Positions 29,223-38,649 of a DNA stretch of 64,000 bases are shown here, piece after piece (the first letter of the stretch is position 1; each line of letters opens with the position of its first letter). The stretch spans positions 2,208,001-2,272,000 of the forward strand of contig OZ240215.1 of NCBI GenBank assembly GCA_965197585.1, given 5' to 3'. A model generated the notes under the pieces. It made no database searches. It was given only the letters and a program-made list of their open reading frames with translations, and had not been told where the DNA came from. The translations under genes and the position numbers were made by a program. Origin of the DNA: Dehalococcoidia bacterium (GTDB taxonomy: Bacteria; Chloroflexota; Dehalococcoidia; Plut-88900).

Positions 29223-31529
29223 TTAGGAACACCACTCAATGCGAGGCAAGGCATCCGGGTGTTCCGGAAGCCGAACGACGATGTCTACGACACTTCCGTC
29301 GTCTACCTCAATGCGGGTTGCGTCTTTCGGTACGGTAGTGAATCCCCCCGGGCCGTACCACCCTACGAAGGCGCATCCCTCGCGGGCGGCGTAAATTTCC
29401 AGAATGAAGGAACTGCCGGGGGCAAGCATACCAAAGAAGCCATCCTCCCTGGTTCTGGCGAATACGGCCTTAAACTCCCTCCCGGAAACGACGGCGGACA
29501 GGCGTATTCCTTCCAACGGCTGGTTGTTCGGCCCGATCACCTTGCCCTGAATGGTGATGATTTCCTCTGAGGGATACTGGACCTCCGATGGTGTGTAGGG
29601 CGACATGTCGAATCCCTGCTCGTCAAAGTAGGCCAGGCGATTCGGTATTGTCCTCAGAATCACAACTCGTTGGAGGGCGGTCAGCCGCTCCGGTTGATAC
29701 CGCACGGCGAACCATGCCGTGAAGCTCTCCGCGACATCCTCCTGGTCTGGCAAGTCCCGGGCATACGTCGAGATGAACACGCCGTCGGCCGCCTGCGCCG
29801 CACGCCAACCGGGGGAGTCTTTGTGCGCGAGGTCCAGCGTGGTGTGTGTGGCTTCATGGACGAATGTTTCCTCGATGAAAGAGGCGCGGAGACGGTGGTC
29901 CACAATGCCCGTATGAATCAGGATCTTCCCTTGCCTTACAAGCGCTCCCCACAATTCATCGCCGGCGGCGATGTCGACGTACCTGATGCCGGGCAGCAGA
30001 ACCGCCGGCATCCGACCCAGGGCAGGGGCGTACTTCTCGACTTCCGCCTGTGCGGCCTCGATGCTGCCGAATTCGGGATTGACGCGGAATTCCACCACTT
30101 GTCCAGCGTATCGTACATCGAACAGATAGGCATTGACCGTAATCTGCCCGGCGACCCGTCGATCATTGATAAGGCGCTCGCCGCGGCCAGCGTACGTGAT
30201 GCTCTCGAGTCTCGTGGGATCGGAAGGCTCGATGACCCGCTCCGAAATATACACTGTTCCCGACCACGGAGGCACGCCCGTGTGTTCGAGATCGAAGTCC
30301 AGCGTGCGGTCTTCGTCCATGGCAATCTCGACGGTCTCCGTTCCATGGGTGGGCCAGGCGATGGCCCAAACCGTGACCGTCCCCCAGACGTTCGGGAAGC
30401 GGTAGCGCCCGTCGAGACCGATGACCATGGATTCCCGTCTGCCGTCTTCGTTCTGGAGCCGCACGACCGCGCCCGCTAGCACTGGCCCGTTTATCCGGCT
30501 GTCACGCACCGTCCCGGATAGACTGAACGTGGGTGGGACCGTTACTGTTGCGGACCCGGACGCAGCGCCCGCGCTCGCCGTGATCGTCGCCACCCCTCCC
30601 CCGATCCCGGACACCAGACCAAGAGCGTCCACCTCCGCCACCAGGACATCGGCGGACTCCCACGAGAATACGGCCCCCTCCACCGCATGCCCGTTCGCGT
30701 CGAGCGCCTCCGCCGTCAGCTGCACGGTCTCGCCCCACGCGGTCAGTTCGGTCATGGACGGCGACACCTCCACTGAGGCCACCGTCTGCCTCACCGTCAC
30801 CACCGCGGTCCCTGATGCCGACCCGGCCGCCGCCGTGATCGTCGCCGTCCCGTTGCCCGCCGCCGTCACGACACCTTCCGCATCCACCGTCGCCACCGGT
30901 ACGTCGGAGGACTCCCACGAGAATACGGCTCCCGCCACCTCATGCCCGTTCGCATCGCGCGCCTCCGCCGCCAGCTGAACGGTCTCGCCCCACGCGGTCA
31001 CCTCGTTCATGGCCAGCGATACCTCCACCGAGGCCACCGTCTGCCTCACCGTCACCACCACAGACCCTGATGCCGACCCGGCAGACGCCGTGATCGTCGC
31101 CGTCCCGTTGCCTGCCGCCGTCACGGTACCGGCCGCATCCACTGTCGCCACTGAGTTGGCGCTGGTCGTCCAGGTCACGGCTACCCCAGTCATTACGGTG
31201 GAGTCCTGGTCATGCACCTCCACCCTCAGTTGTGTTGTTGTGCCCAGTGCAGTCAACTCCACCGTAGCAAGACTGACCATGACCGCCGTGGGGCGGGCGG
31301 GCTCTGGCGTCGCCGTTGGAGCAGGAGCAGGAGTCGGCGTTGGCTGACGCGTTGGCATAGGCGCCGGGGTTGGCGTCGCTGGCACGGATGTCGGCGTTGG
31401 CAGTGGTATCGGCGTCGCAATAGCGTCGTCAATAGTCTCTACAGGCGTTTGGCCTTGACATGCGGCCATAAGCCCAAGTACCGCGGCAAGGATGGATAAA
31501 ATGATAAATGCACGCATTCCGTATCGCAC
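29223..31529 (-). CDS. lipoprotein with PT linker, three Ig-like (Big_2) repeats and a HExxH zincin domain
   Basis: Lipobox MAAC; 85-aa repeats; FVHEATH and EDVAES motifs. Confidence 0.8.
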   Translation of the reverse strand: MRYGMRAFIILSILAAVLGLMAACQGQTPVETIDDAIATPIPLPTPTSVPATPTPAPMPTRQPTPTPAPAPTATPEPARPTAVMVSLATVELTALGTTTQLRVEVHDQDSTVMTGVAVTWTTSANSVATVDAAGTVTAAGNGTATITASAGSASGSVVVTVRQTVASVEVSLAMNEVTAWGETVQLAAEARDANGHEVAGAVFSWESSDVPVATVDAEGVVTAAGNGTATITAAAGSASGTAVVTVRQTVASVEVSPSMTELTAWGETVQLTAEALDANGHAVEGAVFSWESADVLVAEVDALGLVSGIGGGVATITASAGAASGSATVTVPPTFSLSGTVRDSRINGPVLAGAVVRLQNEDGRRESMVIGLDGRYRFPNVWGTVTVWAIAWPTHGTETVEIAMDEDRTLDFDLEHTGVPPWSGTVYISERVIEPSDPTRLESITYAGRGERLINDRRVAGQITVNAYLFDVRYAGQVVEFRVNPEFGSIEAAQAEVEKYAPALGRMPAVLLPGIRYVDIAAGDELWGALVRQGKILIHTGIVDHRLRASFIEETFVHEATHTTLDLAHKDSPGWRAAQAADGVFISTYARDLPDQEDVAESFTAWFAVRYQPERLTALQRVVILRTIPNRLAYFDEQGFDMSPYTPSEVQYPSEEIITIQGKVIGPNNQPLEGIRLSAVVSGREFKAVFARTREDGFFGMLAPGSSFILEIYAAREGCAFVGWYGPGGFTTVPKDATRIEVDDGSVVDIVVRLPEHPDALPRIEWCS
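30530..31270. repeat. 255-bp tandem coding repeats (Ig-like domains)
   Basis: accgtctgcctcaccgtcaccac at 30781 and 31036. Confidence 0.85.
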
Positions 31530-31638
31530 AAATAGAAGGAACTCCTTTCGGGGTGGGGAGTGGCCCCTTATGCACCCATGTTACCATCCCCTCGCACTAT
31601 GCTAATAGGTAAACTCTCACAACCTCCCACCCCCCTCC

Positions 31639-31800
31639 ATCATTCCGCCCCCGAGCCGGAATCCATCCTTTCCCCGCTCCCCCAGTACCAAACAGAGGCA
31701 TGCACCTGCGCCAAGGCGCAGGTGCATGCCTCTGTTTTTCCCTCCCCCTCTCCCTTAATGGCCCTAAGGGAGAGGGGGACCAAGGGGGTGAGGGTTCCCC
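31639..31800. repeat. composite REP-like palindrome cluster
   Basis: Same module order as 19294-19490; long perfect hairpin aaacagaggcatgcacctgcgcc/ggcgcaggtgcatgcctctgttt. Confidence 0.75.
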
Positions 31801-31835
31801 GGTGGGGTCCCTTCCCCAGGTGTGCAATCAACCCC

Positions 31836-31864
31836 TTGACCCATATGAACATAAGTGCTATTCT
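31836..31864 (+). promoter_or_regulatory. sigma70 promoter with LexA-like box in the spacer
   Basis: TTGACC-17-TATTCT; GAAC-ataa-GTGC at 31847-31858. Confidence 0.5.
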
Positions 31865-32051
31865 CTTCACTGTTCGAACACCAACCCAACTATCTCAAGG
31901 AGGAACCAAAAACCCAGGGAAGCCCACTAGCCCCACCCGAGGACTCAACGCCCCAGCCCAGCCCAACGGCCCTCGCGCAGGCCTGCGGCTCAAGCAAACG
32001 GTGCCATCTCCTCATCCCACGGGTCCCGCGTGCCCCCTTCCCCGGTAGTCA

Positions 32052-32504
32052 GGCGATGGAAAGACGCCCTGGACAGAGCCATAGCGGACCGGCCATTCCC
32101 CGCCGAGACGGGGTCTCGGCGGTCGGTTAGCAGCGAGCTTACGCTATATCAAGCTAGGGGTGGCGGACCGGCTATCCCCGGCCGAGACTCCCTCTCGGAG
32201 GTTGGCCCGCCTGCGAGCTTACGCCATATCAAGCAAGGGGCCGTTGGGCCGCGTAGACCCTCGGGTGGCCCACGCAAATACAATATCTGAGGGGGCTATT
32301 GCCCGATCACTGGCCCCCACCATGCCTGCGGGCATTCAGAGGCGGGGTCAAGGCTCGACTGTCTGCCCGGACAGTCGGAGCCCTCCATCGAGCGCTAGGG
32401 CGCGGTCGGCTGCAATCCGCCCTCGGCGGACCTCCAGGCCCCCGACAGCCGGAACACCGCACGAGCGTAGAGGCTGACAGGCTCAACGGACGTCTTCCAT
32501 CGCC
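32052..32504 (+). ncRNA. candidate large structured non-coding RNA of unknown family
   Basis: Long-range stem 32052-32066/32491-32504, duplicated 78-nt domain, at least 8 hairpins with G-U pairs on the + strand, no credible ORF. Confidence 0.6.
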
Positions 32505-32697
32505 AACCTCCCCAACAGACAGAACCGAAACCCACAAACCCCACAATCGAAGATGCTGCAAGTCCGTCGTAGGCGGGGACCATCCGCCTCGCGCTGGTCC
32601 GCCTCAGGAGGACTGAATAGCCCCCTACTCCATCATCCCGAGGCGCCGCGAGGGATCTGGGGTGGGGGTTCCCACCCCGGCAGTCTTACTTGCGCCC

Positions 32698-32726
32698 TTG
32701 ACACCGCTTTGGCATAACAATAATCT
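32698..32726 (+). promoter_or_regulatory. sigma70 promoter of the CoA-transferase pair
   Basis: TTGACA-17-TAATCT. Confidence 0.6.
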
Positions 32727-32771
32727 TCACACTACATTCCAGTCTCAAGCGACGCCCGGGAGCAGCAACCC

Positions 32772-33977
32772 ATGCCCATGGTTCTCGAAGGTATAACGGT
32801 CATCGAGTTAGCCACAGATCAGCAGGGGCCTGTGGTCGGCGCCCTCCTCGCCGACATGGGTGCCGACGTCATTAAGATCGAGGACAAGGGCCTCGGCGAC
32901 CCGGGCCGCAACGTCCGCGGCGATACCCCTGGCCAGGAACCTTCCCCCCTCTCCTACTACTTCGAAAACAACAACCGTAATAAACGCGGCGTTGCTCTCG
33001 ACTACGGCACCGAGGCCGGACGCGAAGTTATTCGCAATCTCGTCTCCCGCGCCGACATATTCCTCTCCAATTTCCCCATTGCCACCCTCGCAGACATGGG
33101 CCTCGACTACCCGAGACTCTCCGCCGCCAATGACAAGCTGATCTACGCCGTCTCCACCGGTATGGGCCCGGCAGGTCCCGACAAGGACAAGCCCATCAAC
33201 GACATCGCCGCTCAGTTCCTCGGCGGCATCCTCAGTCACGGGAACTCGGATGGCCCCATTCCATTCTGGGGTGGCATGGCCAACCAGGAAGACGCTCTTC
33301 TGCTGGCCTTCGGCATAGTGACTGCCCTTATAGCTCGCGAACGGCATGGGGTTGGGCAGGAGGTCTACTCCGCTTTGCTCGGCAGCCAGATTAACTGGGC
33401 TGCCCTCAACGTACAGAGCAACATATTCAACAAGAAAGAGCCTTGGGGCATGAGGCGCGAAGCCCCGCTGAGTCCCTTCTGGAACTACTACCAGGCCAAG
33501 GACGGCGGGTGGCTCTGCCTCGGCTTCCTCCAGGAGAGCCGAGACTGGCACACCCTCTGCCAGGTCCTCGAACGCGAGGACTTGGAATTCGACCCCCGCT
33601 TCGATTCCAACCCGAAGCGCACCAAGGAAAACAACCAGGTTCTCATTCCCATCATGCGGGAGGCCTTCGCCCAGAAGCCCCTCGCCGAGTGGGAGGAGAT
33701 TCTGGGCAAGCATGATCTGGGATGGTCCAAGCTGAATGACTATGAATCGCTCACTGACGACCCCCAGGTAGTGGCGAACGACTATGTCGTAGACTTCGAG
33801 CACCCCAAGGTCGGGCCTGTGCAATTGGTCGGCATCCCCGTCCGGCTGCAGGAGACACCTGGCAGCGTACGAACCCCAGCCCCCGAGCTTGGCCAGCACA
33901 CCGAAGAAGTCCTGAACGGCGTCGGAGGATACGCACCCGAAGACCTGCAAAAGCTGCGGGACCAGGGCGCGATCTGA
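32772..33977 (+). CDS. CoA-transferase family III (catalytic Asp apparently Asn)
   Basis: LADMGADVIKIE, NRNKR, APELGQHT; MANQED at the catalytic position. Confidence 0.92.
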   Translation: MPMVLEGITVIELATDQQGPVVGALLADMGADVIKIEDKGLGDPGRNVRGDTPGQEPSPLSYYFENNNRNKRGVALDYGTEAGREVIRNLVSRADIFLSNFPIATLADMGLDYPRLSAANDKLIYAVSTGMGPAGPDKDKPINDIAAQFLGGILSHGNSDGPIPFWGGMANQEDALLLAFGIVTALIARERHGVGQEVYSALLGSQINWAALNVQSNIFNKKEPWGMRREAPLSPFWNYYQAKDGGWLCLGFLQESRDWHTLCQVLEREDLEFDPRFDSNPKRTKENNQVLIPIMREAFAQKPLAEWEEILGKHDLGWSKLNDYESLTDDPQVVANDYVVDFEHPKVGPVQLVGIPVRLQETPGSVRTPAPELGQHTEEVLNGVGGYAPEDLQKLRDQGAI

Positions 33978-33996
33978 TAGCGAGGAGGAGCGGACA

Positions 33997-35211
33997 ATGG
34001 TAATGGCACTGGAAGGAATCCGAGTCGTAGACATGACCGTCTGGCACCACGGGCCGGGCGGAGGCACGTTCCTCGCCGACATGGGCGCCGAGGTAATCAA
34101 GGTCGAGGAGCGCCTGTCCGGCGACCCCGGTCGTCACGGCGGCTCCCTGGGCGGTGTCGAGAACGACCTGGGCCTCTCCTACTACTTCGAGAACAACAAT
34201 CGGGACAAGAAGAGCCTCGCCATCAACCTCAAGACCGAGAAGGGTCACGAGGTCATCACCCGGCTCCTCAAGAAGTCCGACATTTTCTTATCCAATATGC
34301 GCAAGAGCGGTCTCGGGCGCCTGGGCCTCAGCTACGACGAGGTGAAGGAGATCAACTCCGAAATCGTCTACGCTCACGGCTCTGGACAGGGCGACAAGGG
34401 CCCCTTGCTGAATCGGCAGTCCAACGACATCATCGGCCAGTTCTGGGGCGCCTACGTCAGCTACGGCTCTGCCGAGGGCCCCATGTCCGTCTGGTCCGAC
34501 TTCGCCGACCGCGGCGGAGCGGTCATGCTCGCCTACGGCGCGGCCCTGGCCTTTCTCGGCCGGGAAAGGCACGGCATTTCCCAGGAGGTCAATACGTCCC
34601 TCCTCGGCGGACAGGTACATCTCGGAGCGCTCAACTTCCAGCAACGCCTCTTCGAAGGCAAGGCCGTCAGCCCTCTCTCCAATGGTGAGGGCCATTTGCC
34701 CAATCCCCTCTACAACATCTATCAGGACAAAGACGGGGCATGGTTCTGCATCGGTGCCGAGGGTACCGACGAGGAATGGGGCTCCCTCTGCCAGGCCGTA
34801 GGCTCACCCGGCCTGGCATCCGACCCCCGCTTCGACACCCAGGCCAAGCGCACCAACGGCAGCTCCACCGACCTATTCGAAATCCTAAAGGCCCGCTTCG
34901 CCGAGGAGACCATCGAGCATTGGGCTCCGGCCCTCGATGCGACAACTCTCCCCTGGGCCCGCCTTCGCAGGTATACCGAGGTCATCAACGACCCCCACGT
35001 CCTCGAAAACGAATTCATCGCCGAGCTTGACCACCCCAACAAGGGCAAACTCCACTACGTCGGTCTTCCCGTCAAGCTGAGCAAGACACCCGGCAAGCTG
35101 CGTATGCCTGCCCCCGACCTCGGCCAGCACACCGAAGAGATCCTCACCGAGATCTGCGATTACTCCTGGGATGAGGTCATAGACATGAAGCTCGCCGAGA
35201 TAGTCAACTAA
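33997..35211 (+). CDS. CoA-transferase family III (CaiB/BaiF)
   Basis: LADMGAEVIKVE, NRDKKS, FADRGG, APDLGQHT. Confidence 0.92.
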   Translation: MVMALEGIRVVDMTVWHHGPGGGTFLADMGAEVIKVEERLSGDPGRHGGSLGGVENDLGLSYYFENNNRDKKSLAINLKTEKGHEVITRLLKKSDIFLSNMRKSGLGRLGLSYDEVKEINSEIVYAHGSGQGDKGPLLNRQSNDIIGQFWGAYVSYGSAEGPMSVWSDFADRGGAVMLAYGAALAFLGRERHGISQEVNTSLLGGQVHLGALNFQQRLFEGKAVSPLSNGEGHLPNPLYNIYQDKDGAWFCIGAEGTDEEWGSLCQAVGSPGLASDPRFDTQAKRTNGSSTDLFEILKARFAEETIEHWAPALDATTLPWARLRRYTEVINDPHVLENEFIAELDHPNKGKLHYVGLPVKLSKTPGKLRMPAPDLGQHTEEILTEICDYSWDEVIDMKLAEIVN

Positions 35212-35431
35212 CCCTCATTTCTCCAATCTTTCCAACAGGTATGACGATATGGCGAAACACCAAGTGTTTTCGCCATATCGTCAGCCCCGTTTCGAGCGTG
35301 GGCCCGGGAATAATCCTTCTTATTCATCCCGTTACTCTCCGTATATAGTCCTGAAACGGACCGGAAATAAACACCAGCTTTTGCTACAATGCAATACTGA
35401 TATCGGGAAATGAGATGGAAATAAACCGGAA

Positions 35432-36658
35432 ATGACCTCCGCAGCAACCAGCCTATATGCACTACCTAACCAGTGGATCCGCTACGATAAGACCGCCATC
35501 CTGGATCGCTTGGTCGAAGCTAAGACCGCCGCGGGAACGTTGCGCCGATTACCTTATCTGCCTCAGTGGATCGAAGAGGTGCGCCAGGAGCAGTTACGGC
35601 TGGAGGCCGCCGGCACTTCCCGCATTGAAGGAGCCGAGTTCACCCCTCAGGAAGAGAGCGAAGCCCTGACCCCCGAATCTGCAAACCACACCGATCTCAC
35701 TTACTCTCAGCGGCAACTGCGGGCCGCCGACACGGCCTACCGATGGATGAGTTCCCAACCATCGGACCGTCCCGTCAATCGTGAGTTTGTACTGGAAGTC
35801 CACCGGCGCATCGTTACCGGATGTGAAGATGATCACTGCGAGCCCGGGGCACTCCGAGGACACGGGCGCAACGTCACCTTCGGGTCGCAGCGTTGCCGGG
35901 GTGCAGAGGGTGGAGACTGCTGCAATGACGCCTTCAATGGCCTCTGCAGCGCTATACACAAGGAGTTCTCAGCCCATGACCCCATTATCCAAGCCATGGC
36001 CACCCATTATCATATCGGCGCTATGCACCCCTTTGACGACGGCAACGGACGTACTGCTAGGGCCATCGAAGCCTTTATGTTGAGACGGGCCGGCGTAAAC
36101 GACCACGTCATGGTCAGCATCTCCAACTACTACTACAACCACAAGGATGATTACTTGGGTGCCCTGTTCGAGTCCCGCCAACAGCACCACGACCTCACCC
36201 CCTTCCTCCAGTTTGCCCTGCCTGCGATTACCGATCGGTGCAATGCCGTCGCCGAGGAAATCCTGCTCCACCATAAACGGAGCCTGTTCAGAGAATTTGC
36301 CGGAGCTTTGTTTGGACAACTCCGAAACCCGCGGAAGCGTATTCTGGCAGAACGGCAAATAGAAATACTGGAGGTACTGCTGCAGAACCCATCCGTAGAC
36401 CAGCGCGACTTCTTTACCCGTGCCTTGCCCTACTATCGAGACCTGAAGCACCAGGAACGGGCACTGCTGCGCGACTTAATTGCACTCCTTGACTTGGGCG
36501 CAGTGACGCTATCTGACGATCAGATTCGGGTCAACTTGGAATGGCCGTATCGGCTTTCCCAATCAGAGCTTTTGGAGTGGTATGAAAAAATGCCGTCGGC
36601 CGTATCTGCTAACCATCCAGCTATGCCATCGTTGTCCCGGCTGCTGCGCCACCGATAA
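35432..36658 (+). CDS. Fic family protein
   Basis: Canonical HPFDDGNGRTAR motif; TSRIEG. Confidence 0.9.
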   Translation: MTSAATSLYALPNQWIRYDKTAILDRLVEAKTAAGTLRRLPYLPQWIEEVRQEQLRLEAAGTSRIEGAEFTPQEESEALTPESANHTDLTYSQRQLRAADTAYRWMSSQPSDRPVNREFVLEVHRRIVTGCEDDHCEPGALRGHGRNVTFGSQRCRGAEGGDCCNDAFNGLCSAIHKEFSAHDPIIQAMATHYHIGAMHPFDDGNGRTARAIEAFMLRRAGVNDHVMVSISNYYYNHKDDYLGALFESRQQHHDLTPFLQFALPAITDRCNAVAEEILLHHKRSLFREFAGALFGQLRNPRKRILAERQIEILEVLLQNPSVDQRDFFTRALPYYRDLKHQERALLRDLIALLDLGAVTLSDDQIRVNLEWPYRLSQSELLEWYEKMPSAVSANHPAMPSLSRLLRHR

Positions 36659-36719
36659 TCGCCCTCTTCGCCCACCCGTATAATCATCGTACACTCAGTA
36701 TGCCCTCCCAGGAACCCCC

Positions 36720-37745
36720 ATGTGCTACCCCTGGGCCAACATCCTCCTCCTACTCTTCATCCTCGCCGACATGCTCTCAGGCTTCTTCGGCCTAATCTCC
36801 GGCTCTCAAGACCGCGCCATCTACATCCTGGTCCACCGCGTCTCCGGCTACGGCATCCTCGCCGTGCTTGCCTGGAAAGTCGCCAATATCGCCCGCTCTT
36901 TCAAATGGCCGAAGAAGAAGCCCGTTCGTATCGCATCCCTGGCCTTGGCGGTAGTCCTAACCGTGACCCTGGCCCTCGGCCTCGTATGGTCCATCTTCGG
37001 CGACTTCAGTTGGTGGATGTTCAGTGGTCTGAGCTGGCACATCTACGCCGGCGTTGTGCTCGCTCCCCTGCTTCTCTGGCACGGCTGGTACATGTTCCGG
37101 GGCCCGCCCATTTCCTTCTGGGCCGAGCGCCGGTCCGTCCTCAGACTAGGAGGCCTCGCCGTTGTCGGGTTTCTCGCCTGGCAGCTCTCCGAAGGCATAG
37201 CCCGTGCGGGGTCGTTATCCGGTTCTACAAGGCGCTTCACCGGGTCCTACGAAGCAGCCAGTTTCTCCGGCAACGACTACCCAGTCGTCTCCTGGCTCAA
37301 CGACCGCCCCCAACCCATCAACCCCGACACCTGGACGCTAAAGGTATTCGGTGAGGTGGAGAAAGAGCTAACCTTGACCTATGTTGACCTCACCCGCCTC
37401 TCCGAAGAGACCGCGACAATCGACTGCACTGGAGGTTGGTTTTCCAAGCAACACTGGGACGGTGTTTCACTCTCCCGAGTCCTGTCCCAGGTAGGCCCTT
37501 CTGACACTACGCGCAGTGTTCTGGTGCGCTCGGTGACCGGCTATTACAGGCGCTTCCCCCTCGACGACGCTCAACACTTCCTGCTGGCTACCCACGTTAC
37601 CGGCGAGCAGTTGTCCCACGGCCACGGCTTCCCGGTTCGCCTGGTCGCCCCCGGCCGCCGAGGCTTCGAATGGGTCAAGTGGGTCACCGAAATCGAAATC
37701 ACCGAGACCCCATCCTGGTGGCAGCCTCCCCTCCCCACCCAATAG
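36720..37745 (+). CDS. membrane-anchored molybdopterin oxidoreductase (sulfite oxidase / MsrP-like)
   Basis: N-terminal TMs; IDCTGGW, HGHGFPVRLVAPGRRGFEWVKWV. Confidence 0.85.
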   Translation: MCYPWANILLLLFILADMLSGFFGLISGSQDRAIYILVHRVSGYGILAVLAWKVANIARSFKWPKKKPVRIASLALAVVLTVTLALGLVWSIFGDFSWWMFSGLSWHIYAGVVLAPLLLWHGWYMFRGPPISFWAERRSVLRLGGLAVVGFLAWQLSEGIARAGSLSGSTRRFTGSYEAASFSGNDYPVVSWLNDRPQPINPDTWTLKVFGEVEKELTLTYVDLTRLSEETATIDCTGGWFSKQHWDGVSLSRVLSQVGPSDTTRSVLVRSVTGYYRRFPLDDAQHFLLATHVTGEQLSHGHGFPVRLVAPGRRGFEWVKWVTEIEITETPSWWQPPLPTQ

Positions 37746-37767
37746 CTTGCCTGTGGCAGGCGTCTCC

Positions 37768-38514
37768 CTACAACCCGGCCAGCGCCCCCGGCAACTCCGC
37801 GAGCTGGGCCACGCAGGCGTCCGGCGTCGCCGGCACATGGTCCCAGCTAGCCCCGCCTATCAGCACCGCTAGCATCCCAACCCGTTGTGCCCCCAGTATG
37901 TCCGTCTCCGGCCTGTCCCCCACGTGCACCGAACTTTCAGCCTGAACCCCTATAGCCTCTAGGGTGTCCAGGAACAGGCTGGGCGCGGGCTTGGCCAGTC
38001 TTTCCTCGTCCGAAAAGGTGAGGTGCCTCAGGTACTGAGCGATCCCGATGTCGGCGAGGAACTTGCGGGCCAGGCTGCCCGGCGTAGTCCCCGAGTTGCA
38101 GATCAACGCGATCTTGTACCCTTCATCGGTGAGTGTGGAGAGAGTCTCCAACACGCCGGGCATCAATGCCGGAGGATGCTCGAGAAACGCATGCAGGTGC
38201 CTCTCCGAAACCCGCTCCCTCCCTTCGGCCACCAGCGATTTCGAAAGTCCCGGCTCTATCGAGTCCAGGAAGTCGTCGAGTTGCACGTCGAAGGCGGTGT
38301 CCAGGCCCCGTATCCTAACGTTCTCAAACTTCTGCTGTGAGTCCCAGTAGACCTTCCCTACCTTCTCCCTTGTGCAGTCCACACCGTACTCTGACAGGAT
38401 GTGTGTCGTAGCATCGATTCGCTTCTTCGCCCGAGCAACACCACCCCCCGCCATGTCCACTATCAGCGTATTCCACAGGTCGAAAGTGATGCCTTCTATT
38501 GCGCTGTTTCTCAT
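37768..38514 (-). CDS. HAD family hydrolase
   Basis: FDLWNTL, CNS, KP, HVGDRPETD. Confidence 0.9.
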   Translation of the reverse strand: MRNSAIEGITFDLWNTLIVDMAGGGVARAKKRIDATTHILSEYGVDCTREKVGKVYWDSQQKFENVRIRGLDTAFDVQLDDFLDSIEPGLSKSLVAEGRERVSERHLHAFLEHPPALMPGVLETLSTLTDEGYKIALICNSGTTPGSLARKFLADIGIAQYLRHLTFSDEERLAKPAPSLFLDTLEAIGVQAESSVHVGDRPETDILGAQRVGMLAVLIGGASWDHVPATPDACVAQLAELPGALAGL

Positions 38515-38649
38515 ATCCCTATTCAGTCAGCCTTTCCCGCGCCTTGGGACCGTGTCCCAACTCCGCTTGTTCTGCCCCCTCCTTAGTCTCACCCTTGATT
38601 TGTCTCAGAGTCCCCAAAATGGAAGGGGGGCGGGTGTTTTCCCGCCCCT

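Noticed and set aside
32084-32240. Tandem units as a CRISPR array or retron msr-msd
   Set aside because: Only two 78-nt units with no unique spacers; no cas or reverse transcriptase gene in the window (a partner in trans cannot be excluded)
32052-32530. RNase P RNA or tmRNA
   Set aside because: No GAGGAAAGTCC P4 motif and no tRNA-like ends seen on either strand
31560-32616. Several short overlapping ORFs in the intergenic region
   Set aside because: Pro/Arg/Gly-rich, no RBS-start pairs or motifs; better explained by repeats and RNA structure
32808-34100. 430-aa - strand ORF
   Set aside because: Antisense shadow of the CoA-transferase caused by codon bias
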